64,000 bases of DNA, taken from Octopus vulgaris (Eukaryota). Positions within the stretch are counted from its first letter, which is position 1, and each line of letters starts with the position of its first letter. The stretch lies in the NCBI GenBank assembly GCA_951406725.2, contig OX597815.1:7688001-7752000 (forward strand). The letters run 5' to 3'. A program made the translations under genes and the position numbers. Of the stretch, positions 13,777 to 27,576 are shown one piece after another. Below the pieces are notes generated by a model. The model was not told where the DNA came from. It did not search any database and saw only the letters and a program-made list of their open reading frames with translations.

Positions 13777-14225
13777 CACCACCACTACTACTACTACTAC
13801 TATTACTACAACTGTTGCTGCTGCTACAACTACTACTACAACTGCTGTTGCTGCTGCTACTACTACTACTACTACTACTACTACTGCTGCCACTACTACA
13901 ACTGTTGCTGTTGCTGCTACTACTACTACTACTACTACTTCCAACACCAACAGTAACACGACAACCACCACCCCCACTACTAACACTAAGCCTACAATTA
14001 CCACCACCACCACCACCACAACCACCACCACCACCACTAACACCACTACTACCAACACTACCAAAACAACAACTACTGCTACCACCACAATTCGCACAAA
14101 CACCACAACTACTATGGCCGCAGCTACTATCCCCACCCACCCCATTACTGCCACTTTCATTTACTACCACCCCACCCTCCCACCCTCCCACCCCCACCTC
14201 CACCGCCGCCGCCATCACTACCATC
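13700..14225. repeat. Compound trinucleotide low-complexity tract (ACT/ACC/ACA/GCT)
   Basis: Direct reading; it produces the spurious poly-T/L/S/V ORFs. Confidence 0.9.
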
Positions 14226-14684
14226 CACAAAGCATCAGTGCAGTAACTATGGTAACCAGTGGTAAACTAGTCAATGATTTGTCACACAACACTGATCTGC
14301 TTAATGGTGTGTACAATCGTTACTGTAGCTTATGTGTGTGTATACGTGTGTATATGTGTGCGTATACGTGTGTGTGTATAAGTGCTTATTTGTGTGTGTG
14401 TGTGTGCATGTACATGCAGGTGCGCGCATGTGTTTGTGTGTCGAATTGCGTGCGGTGCCCGAGGATGCGTTTGCCTCGGTGTCTTTGGCTTACGTCTTCA
14501 GCAATCTATGCCACATTTATGCATGCGATGAGTAATACGGGACATACACATGCATGCGTATACGCAGCCACACGTGTGTATATACTTATACATGTGTTTG
14601 TATGTGTGTGTGTGTATGTATGTGTATGCATATCTGTGTGTATATATGTATATGTGTGTATATATATGTGTGTATGTGTATATA

Positions 14685-14735
<51 letters not shown>

Positions 14736-14887
14736 GTATGTATATGTATATGTATATATATGTGTATATATATATGTATATGTATATATATGTACATATG
14801 TATATATATATATGTGTATATATGTATATATATATGTATATATATGTATGTATATATATGTATATATATATATGTATATATATATAA

Positions 14888-14950
<63 letters not shown>

Positions 14951-15376
14951 TATATGTATATATATATGTATATATACATATATACATTCACATGTGTGTA
15001 AGTATATAATACACACACGCACATATATATGTATATATATGTGTGTGTGTGTGTTTGCATACTCATATATCTTATACATACCTTATCGTTCATCTTCTCT
15101 CTTTTACTCGTTTCAATCGCTTGACTGCGGCCATGCTGGGGCATTGTCATGAAGGGTTTTAGTCGAATGAATCGACCCCGGTAATTATTATTTTAAAGCT
15201 TCTATCGGTCTGTCTGTCGAACCGTTAAGTTGCGGAAAACTAAAGAAACCAGCTCCGGCTGTCAAGCGATGGTGGGGTAAACACAAACACAGAGACACAC
15301 ACACACACACCTATATATATGTAACATATACATGTACTATAAATATGTGTGTACGTGTGTTTGTGTATGTGTGTGT

Positions 15377-15426
<50 letters not shown>

Positions 15427-15521
15427 ACTCCCAAAAAGAAGGACAAACACACAAAAAAAACAACGCGAGGACGTGGTGGATGTAAAATATTAGCAGACAC
15501 TCAGGGAAGGAAAGAAAGATG

Positions 15522-15557
15522 GTTTAACATTTCGAGCAAACGCTCTTCTTCGGAAAC
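15522..15557 (-). ncRNA. Ultra-minimal hammerhead ribozyme motif
   Basis: Reverse complement: GTTT-CCGAAGA-a-GAGC gttt GCTC-GAAA-TG-TT-AAAC. A truncated relative at ~2643-2660 reads GCTC-GAAA-CG-TA-AAAC. Confidence 0.55.
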
Positions 15558-15804
15558 AGAGGAATGTCCAATAGAATGGGATATGGAGGAAGAAAATCGC
15601 CAAAGATATATATATAAATCTTTGCCGGGATCTTACTGGTAATTTATTTGCCGATCCTGAAGGAATGAAGGGCATAGTTGACCTCCATACGCATACTTAC
15701 ATGCACACTTACATACTTATACACGCACATATATATATGTATATACATGTCGAAAGAAAGTGAAAGTGGGAAAAAGAGAGATAGAGATACATATGCATAT
15801 TCTT

Positions 15805-16170
15805 ATACTTGTTTCAGTCATTTGACTGCAGTCATGCTGGAGCACCGCATTCAGTCGAACAAATCGATCCAAGGACTTATTCTTTGTAAGTCTAGTACTT
15901 ATTCTATTGGTTTCTATTGCCGAACCGCTAAGTTACGGGAACGTAAACACACCAACATCGGTTGTCAAGTTAAGGTGGCGGTGAGGGACACACACAGACA
16001 CACACACATATACGACGGGCATCTTTCAGTTTCCTTCTACCAAATCCACTAACAAGGCTTTGGTTGGCCCGAAGCAATAGCAGAAGACACTTGCCCAAGG
16101 TGCCACGCAGTAGGACTGAACTCGGAACCATGTGGTTGGGAAGCAAGCTTCTTACCACACAGCCACTCCT
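15805..16170 (-). mobile_element. SINE family A
   Basis: Colinear with the family A consensus. Confidence 0.85.
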
Positions 16171-16452
16171 ATATATACATATGAAAATGCACACATACAG
16201 ATATAAACATATTTTATTCCGTTTTATCAGGAGAAAGTTTCAAAGATGCCACAAAGGTCGTGAGTTTCGTAAATGTCACTAATCAAACACGAAAGTCTGA
16301 GCTCCTGAGTAACTCTTGTAACTTTCTACTGATTACAAATAAAAAAGAAAACTGTACATATACGTAGGTATTGAATTCTATCTCTCCTCCTTGTTCCGTC
16401 ATCTGTCTCTGTTTTTTATATTTTGTATCATTCTGATATATATTCTGTATAC

Positions 16453-16653
16453 CAGTGGTTTTCAACCAGGGTTCCGCCAGTACAGTCCAGGGGTTCCGCA
16501 AGAAGTTACAAAAATGCTAAAATTGGCGGTAATTTTTAATTCTCCTGTGCAGATATGTGTGCATAAGACTATTAAATTATTGCACAGGGGTTCCTCGGGC
16601 CAGTGGAATGTTTCCTTGGGGTTCCGCTCCAGCAAAATGGTTGAAAAGCACTG
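16453..16653. mobile_element. hAT (Charlie-like) MITE
   Basis: TIRs CAGTGGTTTTCAACC / GGTTGAAAAGCACTG with a perfect 8-bp TSD CTGTATAC on both sides. Confidence 0.9.
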
Positions 16654-16656
16654 CTG

Positions 16657-16754
<98 letters not shown>

Positions 16755-16883
16755 TATAACACACACACACACACACACACATCCACACGCGCACACACAC
16801 ACACACACACACACACATATTATAACAGAAAGGTGTTAAATCTTGTTTACTCGTGGTTGTAGATATTTAAGAAAGGAAAATAT

Positions 16884-17063
16884 GTAAAAACGCACAGGAG
16901 GTTTGTATAATAAAATGTATGCTAATATTAATATCGTAATGAAACAGAGAGTCGTATTACATTTATTTATTTTATTATATAATGTTGTAATACAACTCTC
17001 TGTTTCATTATGATATTAATATTAGCAAAAAATTTATTATACAAACCTCCTGTGCGTTTTTAC
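16884..17063. repeat. Fold-back palindrome (~78 bp arms, ~24 bp AT spacer)
   Basis: gtaaaaacgcacaggaggtttgtataataaa...gaaacagagagtcgtattaca vs tgtaatacaactctctgtttc...acaaacctcctgtgcgtttttac. Confidence 0.88.
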
Positions 17064-17406
17064 CGTGCCGCGACGTAAACACACCAACACCGGTTATGAA
17101 GCGGTAGTGGACTGCAAACAGAGACACAAAAATATATATATGGATATATGTGTATGGGGATGGGGTGGGGGTTGTGTGTTTATATATTGTTCTTTTATTC
17201 TTTTACTTGTTTCAGGCATTTGACTGCGGCCATGCTGGAGCACCGCATTTAGTTCAGTTTCCGTCTACCAAATCCACTCACAAGGCTTTGGTCGACCCGA
17301 GGCTATAGTAGAAGACACTTGCCCAACGTGTCACACAGTTGGACAGAACCTAGGACCATGTGGTTGGTAAGCATGTTATTTACCACACAGCCACTCCTGT
17401 CCGTCG

Positions 17407-17536
<130 letters not shown>

Positions 17537-17920
17537 TCTATATATATAAAAGTGAAGTTGTGTGAGTGTCTGTCTCCTACGATTTAGATTCCTAACTACT
17601 CCCACATTTTGCGGTGCAGTTTAACCAAAACCGGGTATCTTATAGTCGTGATTCATATCGAGCCCTTCTGGGTATTAGTGCGCGTCTACGATGAGTCTAC
17701 GATTTTAAAAATAATTTACCATAATTTTTTCCATTTTAAAGCATATTTTTTAAATAAAGGGAAGTAACTCTCTAAAAATGTCTATGATGAGTCAACGATT
17801 TAAAAAAAAAATTACCATAATTTTTTTTCCATTTTTTGCTGTTTTTTGGTTATAACTCTCTAAAAATGCTTTATAGTTATTTCCCTTACAAACCTGAGCA
17901 ACGCCGGGCGATACTACTAG
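17537..17920 (+). mobile_element. Non-autonomous Helitron, family H1 copy 3
   Basis: TC...hairpin...CTAG between A and T, inside a (GATA)n tract. Confidence 0.88.
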
Positions 17921-17961
17921 TATATATATATAAATAGATAGATAGATATAGGTAGATAGAT

Positions 17962-18024
<63 letters not shown>

Positions 18025-19535
18025 CGGTGGGTTTCTTTCAGTTTCCGTCAACCGAATCTACTCACAAGGCTTTGGGGAACCTGAGGCTATAGTGGAAGAC
18101 ACTTGCTCAAGGTATCATGCCGTAGGATTGAACCCGGAATCACGTGGTTGGGAAGCAAACTTCTTACCACGCTGCCACACCTGTACACATTCCGATATTC
18201 TTTTTTACGGTTAAACGATGTGTTTTTGAGGTACACTTAGTCATTATTTCTAACAGGGTTATGTGCTACGTACAGGCTCCCTCATTTACTGGTATAATAC
18301 CCTTGATGTTGGCTAAAGTGGTGCTGGCGGAGTTCTGTTGTAAATTACCCGATCAAAGGCAGCTTCGTTTCCCCTTCATCTACTTCTTACTTTTCTCGTG
18401 GAAATGTTGAAACACCTCAAACTCCCATTAACAGTTGGCCTATAAATAACCAGAAACTTTAGACGGACGTCAGATAATCTCTCTTCTTCTTCCTCCTCCG
18501 TCTTTTCATATAAATGACTTTTAGTGACGGTCAGTAAATAATAAATGGATACTAAATGACCAGCCGCCTTTCACGAATCAGTGGACTTCGAGCGGCTTCA
18601 ATCTCTCTCAAATGTCACCGTTTGCCTTTTATTTTGGTCCCCGACAAAGAGATACTTTATTTTATTTTTACAACCCCTTCAATCTCCCTTATTTCGAATG
18701 CATATCAGAGCACTTCTTTTTCTATTTTTTTTTTCCTTTTCTTAATTCCCTGTCCCCTTCTGCTTCTCCCTTTCCTCTTTCTCCATTTCTTAACTGCCAT
18801 TTTGTTTTTCTTATTTTGTCTGCCATTTTGTTTTTCCTTTTTTTTGGTCTTTAAACATTTTGCGTGTTTATATACTTATTTTAATGTTTGCGTGTTTTGT
18901 TTGGTTAAGTGTGTTTAGTCTGTTTAATGGGTTAGTGTGTAGCAGCCACACCCTTACCCCACCATTGTACCTCCTGTAACAGATGACCTCAATACAGTCA
19001 ATGTGTTATAGGCTGGTTGACGTGTCCAGTGAGCCAAAGCAACCCACTTGAAACTTCAAAGACAATCCATCAGATTTTAGCGAGGTTGTTTAGTCGTAAA
19101 AACGTCAGCTTTTACGCCGGTCACCGGTGTACAGTTTCACCTCGCAGGTCACAGAGGGCTGCACGGTGCCCTTCATTTAGTCACAGTTTGTTTCTGCTCT
19201 GCTCTGTTCTCCCTTTAAACACACACACACACGCACACGCACACACACGCACACGCACACACACACACGCACAAGCACATGCACGCACGCACACTCACAT
19301 ATGCGCACAAACACTCGTGCACGCACTGCGCCCAGCCATCGCTGTTATGGTAGGTTTATTCCCCAGCCACATGGTTCCGGGTTCAGTCATTGCGTAGCCC
19401 CTTGGCAAACATCTTTTACTATCGCCTCCGGCAGACCAAAACCTCGTCAGTAGATCTGGTAGACGGAAACTGAAAGAAGCACATCATATACACACACATT
19501 CATTGTAATGATTTTGGGAGAATGTTTAATAATGT

Positions 19536-19940
19536 AGGCGCAGGAGTGGCTGTGTGGTAAGTAGCTTGCTTACCAACTACATGGTTCCGGGTTCAGTCCC
19601 ACTGCGTGGCATCTTGGGCAAGTGTCTTCTGCTATAGCCCCGGGCCGACCAATGCCTTGTGAGTGGATTTGGTAGACGGAAACTGAAAGAAGCCTGTCGT
19701 ATATATGTATATATATATGTGTGCGTGTATGTTTGTGTGTCTGTGTTTGTCCCCCTAGCATTGCTTGACAACCGATGCTGGTGTGTTTACGTCCCCGTAT
19801 CTTAGCGGTTCGGCAAAAGAGACAGATAGAATAAGTACTGGGCTTACAAAGAATAAGTCCCGGGGTCGATTTGCTCGACTAAAGGCGGTGCTCCAGCATG
19901 GCCGCAGTCAAATGACTGAAACAAGTAAAAGAGTAAAGAG
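19536..19940 (+). mobile_element. SINE family A, full length
   Basis: A/B boxes at the head, (gagtaaaa) tail, possible taataat TSD. Confidence 0.92.
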
Positions 19941-20517
19941 TAATAATAAGATTCTGCGATACGATTCAATTTCGATTCTTGTTTGAAGTTAATTCAAGAA
20001 AAAGGCTTAGTCAATGACCTGTAATTTAGTTTATTTATTTACTTATTTATTTATTTATTTTCAGTGTTGTCGTGGACAAAGCGCCTATGACCCTTGACAA
20101 GAAAAGGAAATAGTCGCCAGCAAACTGGAGACCTAGGTTGAATAGTTGCAACAGAGTAGACTCCACTCAAGGCGCGCTGGCCCAGTTAGTTGCGTTAATC
20201 CAATCGCGAATTAAGTCTAATATCCAGAAAACTATAGAGATTAATTTAATCAAGGTCCTAGTGACACCTCTCCGCAAAACGCTTTCAGATTTTATTTAAA
20301 ACACCTCGCTTAAAGCATTGCTAATATGTTTTGAAAAAGCTTGCGGATTGCAACATCCGACGTAAGCTTCGCTAACAATATTTGTGAGGGATGTTAAAGT
20401 GAATATCCTGAAGGTGACATTAAATTCCAAATAAGCGGTGAAGGATAACTATTGCACAGCATCCACTGCAGAGCACAACTGCTACAAGAATACTCCTTCG
20501 ACATTACCGCCACAGCA

Positions 20518-20891
20518 TCTCTCTATATATAAACGGCAAAATGTCTGTCTGTGTGTGTGTGTATCCTTTATACAAATCCACAATTTTTCAGTTAGAGGGC
20601 TCGCACTTTCTATGGTCATTCAAAACCGTCCAAGGGTGGTCGTGCACATCTTTACATTTCCCCAGTCACTACGCAAAGCCATTAAAAAATCAATAGAAGT
20701 GACTTTTTTTGTGAATTTTCTATCCAAAACCCAATCAAAATGCCCGAAACTTGATACGCCAATTGAATGTCAGCTAGCTGTATGTGATTGGTCGGAGATT
20801 TGGACAGTACTCGCGTGTGTGTGCGCATGCACACAGCTGTATATGCATGCATTAGCACTATGACCCGGCAACGCCGGGTCATAAATACGAG
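20518..20891 (+). mobile_element. Non-autonomous Helitron, family H2
   Basis: A|TCtctctatatataaa start; 3' hairpin tatgacccggc-aac-gccgggtcata followed by aata-CGAG (degenerate CTAG). Confidence 0.7.
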
Positions 20892-21019
20892 GGTTTTTTT
20901 CTACGGGAAGGAGTGCAACTAAAGATTACAACTTCTCCAATGTTAGTATGCCCAGGTCAATGCATTTTGTTAAAATTCCTGTTGGCGTTCGGGCTGAATT
21001 CGACAATTTTAAAATCTTT

Positions 21020-21420
21020 TATCTTTTACTTGTTTCAGTCATTAGACTGTGGCCATGCTGGTGCACCACATTGAAGAATTTTGGGCCTGATGAAGCGACC
21101 CCAATACTTATTTTAATTTTTTTTAAGCCTGTCACTTATTCCATCGTTCTCTTTTGCCAAGCCGCTAAGTTACGGGGGACGTAGAAACACCAACATCAGG
21201 TGTCAAGCGGTGCTAGGGGACAAACACAGACACAATGACACACACACACACACACATATACGACGGGCTTCTTTCAGTTTCCTTCTACCAAATCTATTCA
21301 CAATGCTTTGGTCGGCCCGAGTCTATGCTAGAAGACACTAGCCCAAGGTGCTACGCAGTGAGTGCACCTTGAACCCGGAACCATGTGACAGGGAAGAAAT
21401 CTTAGCACGCAGCCACGCGT
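21020..21420 (-). mobile_element. SINE family A, diverged
   Basis: Colinear with consensus. Confidence 0.8.
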
Positions 21421-21589
21421 GTCTACTTTCTTTAGGAATAACTTGCTGCATTGGGGAACATTCAACGGCCTCGGAGAAGATAAAGATTAAAGTTGCAGTT
21501 GAGAAAAAAGTTTGCTGACATGGGAGACTGGAAACCATTTAACTACTGGAAAAGAATTTATCTGTATCATGATGGTTCTTGCCGGGTTT

Positions 21590-22350
21590 CTAAGTGCCGG
21601 ACAACTGCTGCCTGATGTTCTATGGACTCTATAAAAGCTGTATGATATGTTATGGTCAGCTACAACGGTGATTACAACGGAAAGTGTAACCTCTCGAAAG
21701 AGCTGTTCTTCACTCCTGCTCCAGAGCGTCGGCTGCGGGGTCATTCCGAAAAGCTCTATCTGCGAAGATTTCATCTCAATCGAAGGAGAGGAGCTTTCTC
21801 CGTCCGGGTTGCGGATCCGTGGAATAAGCTGCCAGACGAGATGGTGAAGATGCCGACGACCGCTCGGTTCAAAGTCTCCCTTGACCTCAAGTGGCCTGAA
21901 CTCTTTACATGAACACCACCCTGTATTGCGTGGCATCTTGGGCAAGTGTCTTCTGCTATGGCCCCGGGCCGACCAATGCCTTGTGAGTGGATTTGGTAGA
22001 CGGAAACTGAAAGAAGCCTGTCGTATATATGTATATATATGTGTGTGTGTGTTTGTGTGTCTGTGTTTGTCCCCCTAGTATTGCTTGACAACCGATGCTG
22101 GTGTGTTTACGTCCCCGTAACTTAGCGGTTCGGCAAAAGAGACCGATAGAGTAAGTACTGGGCTTACAAAGAATAAGTCCCGGGGTCGATTTGCTCGACT
22201 AAAGGCGGTGCTCCAGCATGGCCGCAGTCAAATGACTGAAACAAGTAAAAGAGTAAAAGAGAGTAAAGAGAGAGTACTTAACTCCATGTCCCCCTACATG
22301 GCCTTGCTATTTGCTTTTGAGCCAAAAATTAACTAACTAACTAACTAACT
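21590..22350 (+). mobile_element. CR1-clade LINE 3' end, interrupted by SINE A
   Basis: LRGHSEKLYLRRFHLNRRRGAFSVRVADPWNKLPDEMVKMPTTARFKVSLD (stop at 21912) is the CR1 ORF2 C-terminal pattern. The 3' UTR resumes at ~22275 and ends in (AACT)n. Confidence 0.8.
21928..22272 (+). mobile_element. SINE family A, 5'-truncated
   Basis: Starts at gcgtggcatcttgggcaag and ends in the gagtaaaa tail. Confidence 0.88.
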
Positions 22351-22419
22351 GTGGCCAGCTTGGAGTTCTGACTGCGTCCGCACACCGCAGCTAATCCCTA
22401 CATTTATGAATAGGGGCTT

Positions 22420-22790
22420 AGGCTCAATTCAGAAGGCTACGTGAAGCTGTTGGAAGGCCGTGTAGGTAGCAGCAGGAATCGGCTCCTTGCCATACCGCCA
22501 GAAAATGTCAGAAGTGGTTGTCGAAGAATTTCTACGACTTCACCCATCCCCAATTTCTGACTCCCTAATTTCCCCGATTGCAATCCTATGGATTACTGTA
22601 TGCGGGACACGGTTGGGAATGGCACCAGCCGCTCCTGTCCACAACACCAAGACCGAGCAAGTGGCCAAGATCAAGCAAGTGTGCAAAGATCTTTACGGGG
22701 ACACAGTAAGGAACGCATGCGCCAGGTTCCGGAGCTGTGTTAAGACTGTGATGGGAGCTGAGGGCAACTACTTTTAGTAAACTGTTATCT
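22420..22790 (+). pseudogene. Tc1/mariner (maT/DD37D-like) transposase remnant
   Basis: Frameshifted SQKWLSKNFYDFT.PNF*LPNFPDCNPMDY...NTKTEQVAKIKQV...VRNACARFRSCVKTVMGAEGNYF. A matching TIR (tcaaatttaacctgaacatcctg) lies at ~23716-23738. Confidence 0.7.
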
Positions 22791-23276
22791 ACCTATCTTA
22801 ACCTTTCTTCTCTTTTATCTCTTTTACTTGGTTCAGTCATTTGACTGCGGCCAAATATTAGCAAAAGAGTGGCGTCCACTAAAGGCACCTAATATGGTGG
22901 GAACTGAACTCAGAATGCAATCCGGAACAAACCCCACAAAGTAATCGGCCCGACGTACATTCTGTTCCCCCAATCCACCCGTCAAGATCAGTGCATTAAT
23001 TTTTTTTTTGTTAGTCCAAAAGGAAGAAACAAAGTTGACTGCCGCGAGGTTCGAACTTACGGCGCAAAGGATCGGAACAAATACCACGTGGCACTCTAGC
23101 CAACACTCTAACGACAATGCTAATTCGCTTGTCTTATTAGCTCTTCCACTCCGAAGCTCAAACAATCGAAACAAATACCAGAACGTATCCTGATTGTTGG
23201 ACAATTCCGCCAATCTTCCACATTCGACAGCAGCAAGAAAACTAACAAGTACGGACATGTTCAGATCTTATTAGAC

Positions 23277-23641
23277 TTTAGTCGAACAAATCGAACCCAG
23301 GACTTATTCTTTGTAAGCTTAGTACTTATTCTATCGGTCTATTTTGCCGAACCGCTAAGTTACGGGGACGTAAATACACCAGCATTTGTTGTCAAGCGAT
23401 GTTGGGGGGACAAACACAGACACACAAACATACACACACACACACACACATATATATATACATATACATATACATATATATATACGACAGGCTTCTTTCA
23501 GTTTCCGTCTACCAAATCCACTCACAAGGCTTTGGTCGGCTCGAGGCTATAGTAGAAGACACTTGCCTAAGCTGCCACGCAGTGGGACTGAACCCGGAAC
23601 CATGTGGTTGGTAAGCAAGCTACTTACCACACAGTCACTCC
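23277..23641 (-). mobile_element. SINE family A
   Basis: Colinear with consensus. Confidence 0.88.
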
Positions 23642-23770
23642 ATGTTTTTTTATTTTTTAAAATACTTTCATTTTTCAATGGGACATTGTGTTATCTTTTC
23701 CTTTTATGAAAACTGTCAAATTTAACCTGAACATCCTGTTCATATATATGTGTGTGTTTATACTCTGTCG

Positions 23771-24464
23771 CAGTGGCGGCTCGTAGATAAAATTAGTCTG
23801 GGTGCCGTTTCAGAAAAATTTTAGCCGCTGTTTTAATATTTGTAAAAGGAAACAAAGATATAAAAAGAAAATTTATGCATAAACTTGATCGGTTCGTGTT
23901 TTACCCACTGCTGGATGAGTGTGTTTAATTTGTTCACTGAACACCGCCGCAAATTCCCCTTTGTTTTTCAAAAATTCTCTCCTAAACTCACAAAATAGGT
24001 GGTGGGGGATGTACACTATTTGCCAAATCCTGGCAGTAACACTGAAGCTGGAAGCAGGATAATAATCTAATTCTACACTTTATCACATTCAAGAATATAA
24101 ACTCGTTTTTAAGCACAACACACGCAGAGTCAAAAAGAAACATTACTTTCACCGACACTATCGTTCACGTAGTACTCTCCCTCCCTAGTGTGAAGCTTCC
24201 TATCTCGGACATGTGAGCATGCGCGCAACAGCCAAACACCGCCTTGCAGGAATTGTGAAGTGCACAGTTCTATACAAGGATTTTTTGCCTTTTTTTCATA
24301 AACTAGGGGACAGCTACTGACATTAAGCTTAAGGATTATATAATGTACAAGTATAAAGAAAGAATTAAAGAAAAAAGGATTCATTATATTGAATGTTATC
24401 GATAATATCGAGTGGAAGTAGGGGGCGCTTCAGTTCCACAGTTCCTATACACGAGCTGTTTCTG
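23771..24464. mobile_element. Possible old hAT-type non-autonomous element
   Basis: CAGTGGCGGCTCGT ... ACGAGCTGTTTCTG imperfect TIR; flanks ctctgtcg / ccctgtac give only a weak 8-bp TSD. Confidence 0.4.
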
Positions 24465-24950
24465 CCCTGTACACATATACGGTGTGTGTCTGTATATCTC
24501 TATGTGTGTATATCTTTTATTTGGTGTCTTTTACTTGCTTCAGTCATTTGACTGCGGCCATACGGAAGCACTACCTTGAATGATTTTAGATCAGCAAATC
24601 GACCCTAGGGCTTATGTTTTGAACCCTAGTACTTATTCTATCTATCTCTTTTCCTGAACCGCTTTGTTACGGGGACGTAAGCACACTAACAACTGTTATC
24701 AAACGGTGGTGGGGGATAAACACAAAGACGCAAACAGACACACACGCATAGATATATACATACATACATATGTACACACACACACACACACACACATGCA
24801 ATTCTGGATCCTCAATTTACTGTTTTGTTGCGTGGACCCCACCAAATCTTTTATAGGCTTTCAGAGACTATATGGACCCCGGTTGAAAACCACTGATCTA
24901 GTTCATATATTGGAAAAAAAAAATTATACTTCATTATTAGATGGTGTATA

Positions 24951-25170
24951 GGCGGCGAGCTGGCAGAATCGTGCTGAGTGGAAATTCCGCCGAGGTCGAC
25001 TTTGCCTTTCATCCTTTCGGGGTCGATTAAATAAGTACCAGTTACGCACTGGGGTCGATGTAATCGACTTAATCCGTTTGTCTATCCTTGTTTGACCCCT
25101 CTGTGTTTAGCCCCTTGTGGGTAGTAAAGAAATAGGTATTTCGTCTGCCGTTACCTTGTGAGTTCAAATT
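24951..25170 (+). mobile_element. SINE family B (internal deletion, start of a second tandem unit)
   Basis: ggcggcgagctggcagaa head, core, tail, then the gaaata|ggtatttcgtc junction. Confidence 0.85.
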
Positions 25171-25324
25171 ACTAATTTGATATGAACTCGAAAAATTATA
25201 GAAATTTGGCAAAATCACAACACACACAAACACACACACATCTATATAAATGAATGTATATCAATGTTTATATATATGTGTGTGTATGTATGTGTATATA
25301 TGTGTGTATAAACACATACACACA

Positions 25325-25372
<48 letters not shown>

Positions 25373-25629
25373 GACATACATAGACACACACACACATATA
25401 TATATAGACATACATAGACACACACACACACACATATATATGCATATTTAGACATGTAGTATAGCTGACATAATAGGCATTCCAAGCAAGAATTCCAATT
25501 ATCCGATTCCTTCTTGTAATTATTCCTGACTTTTATCGAAGACAAAAGAAAGGATTCTTCGTCTTTTGTCTCTGCTTTGGAGAAAATTACATTTTTTTTC
25601 TCGTATGAAGTATGGGGGTGTAGATGTTA

Positions 25630-25897
25630 TTGTTATGGTTGCTCGTGGTACAGATGGTGTTGGTGGTGGTGGCGGTGGTGGTGGTTGTGGTTGCGGTAGC
25701 GGCTGTGGTGGTAACAGTGGTGAATGTTTGGCAGTGGTGATGGTGGTGGTTGTGGTTGCGGTAGCGGCTGTGGTGGTAACAGTGGTGAATGTTTGGCGGT
25801 GGTGGTTGTGATTATGGTAGTGGCGGCGGTGGCAGTGGTGTTCATCATAGTGGTGGTTGTGATGAAGTTGTTGCTGTTGTTGTTAGTGGAAGTAGTT

Positions 25898-25929
<32 letters not shown>

Positions 25930-26020
25930 GGTGGTCATGATGGTTGTGGTGATGGTTTCGGTGGTAGTAGTGAATGTGGTTATGGTCGTACTGATGCTGA
26001 TGGTTGTTGTTGTTGTTAAG
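25630..26020. repeat. (GGT/GTT)n low-complexity tract with a ~60 bp direct duplication
   Basis: ggtggttgtggttgcggtagcggctgtggtggtaacagtggtgaatgtttggc occurs twice. Confidence 0.85.
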
Positions 26021-26437
26021 CAACAAGACGGGTAAGGGTGGTTAGGTGATGGTCTAGGGCTTAGAGGCGGAAGACCCTAGACCTTGGAAAAAAAACAACT
26101 TTGGTTGTCTTGTTGTAGTCGATGGCTCTTCGTTGACGCCCAACACCACTGGAAGGTGGCTCTCGAAGTCGTTGGAAATGGAGATCTCCAGGTCCAAATT
26201 CTTGGACGGCTTTCGATGGTGATGCGAGTGTTGATGAAGGCGATAATAATCATGATCCCTGAGGTCGACTTTGCCTTTCATCCTTTCGGGGTCGATTAAA
26301 TAAGTACCAGTTACGCACTGGGGTTGATGTAATCAACTTAATCCGTTTGTCTGTCCTTGTTTGTCCCCTCTATGTTTAACCCCTTGTGGGCAATAAAGAA
26401 ATAAATAATAATCATGATGGCGATGAGGTGAAGGTGA

Positions 26438-26658
26438 CTCTCTCTTTACTCTTTTACTCTTTTACTTGTTTCAGTCATTTGACTGCGGCCATGCTGGAGC
26501 ACCGCCTTTTAGTCGATCAAATCGACCCCGGGACTTATTCTTTGTAAGCCCAGTACTTATTCTATCGGTCTCTTTTGCCAAACCGCTAAGTGACGGGGAC
26601 GTAAACACACAAGCGCATTGGTTGTCAAGCAATGCCTGGGGGACAAACACAGACACCC

Positions 26659-26711
<53 letters not shown>

Positions 26712-26883
26712 CATATATACGACAGGCTTCTTTCAGTTTCCGTCTACCAAATCCACTCACAAGGCATTGGTCGGCCCGGGGCTATAGCAGAAGACACTTG
26801 CCCAAGATGCCACGCAGTGGGACTGAACCCGGAACCATGTGGTTGGTAAGCAAGCTACTTACCACACAGCCACTCCTGCGCCT
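26438..26883 (-). mobile_element. SINE family A, full length
   Basis: Colinear with consensus; preceded by a SINE B 3' fragment at ~26261-26403. Confidence 0.92.
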
Positions 26884-27465
26884 GTATATAATATTTGCAG
26901 TGTTGTTGAAGGCCTTAGGGGTGATTTAGTAGTGTTTACTGGTAGAGTCTCAAATATGTAGTTTCTTTGAATTGTAAAATTCAGCTTAATAATGCGTGTA
27001 AGTCACAGAAAAAAATTACATTCGGGTATTTAAAATCTAAAAATAATATGAAAGGGAATATGACTGCAATACTATCTCATAGGAGTGTCTATTGTCTTTA
27101 AAGTCGATTGATGCATGCAATAGACATGTTTCAGTCTACTCAAACCTCTTTAGTGAACCACATTGTACCCAGTTAAAAAAAAAAGAAAACAACTTTGAAT
27201 GTGTCGAGGCTTATTATATTAGCGACGTTCATATATAATTACATGTACGCCAAAAGTGCACCGCCATATATTTGTACGCGTGCACGCGATTGCGAGTGCG
27301 CACGCGAGCGTGTGTGTGATACACAGAGAGAGATAGGGGGAGGGAGGGAGGGAAGAAGAGAGTTAAATGGTGGGCAAAAAAAGCAACATGTCGGCAGATA
27401 CGCATACACACAGCAATACACACGAACACTCCTTTACATATTCACATACAGAGACAGGGAATACA

Positions 27466-27522
<57 letters not shown>

Positions 27523-27544
27523 ATGCATATAAATAAATAAATAA

Positions 27545-27576
<32 letters not shown>

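Noticed and set aside
13617-14887. 411-aa Thr-rich ORF resembling a mucin
   Set aside because: Open in several frames on both strands because it is trinucleotide repeat running into (TA)/(TG); no non-repetitive domain or splice support.
18400-19220. Unique-looking stretch with a possible minus-strand donor (GGG/GTAAGG near 18957)
   Set aside because: No convincing ORF or acceptor; it could be a UTR exon or enhancer but needs RNA-seq.
19536-19610. tRNA gene
   Set aside because: A/B boxes belong to a SINE head; there is no complete cloverleaf and it continues into the SINE body.
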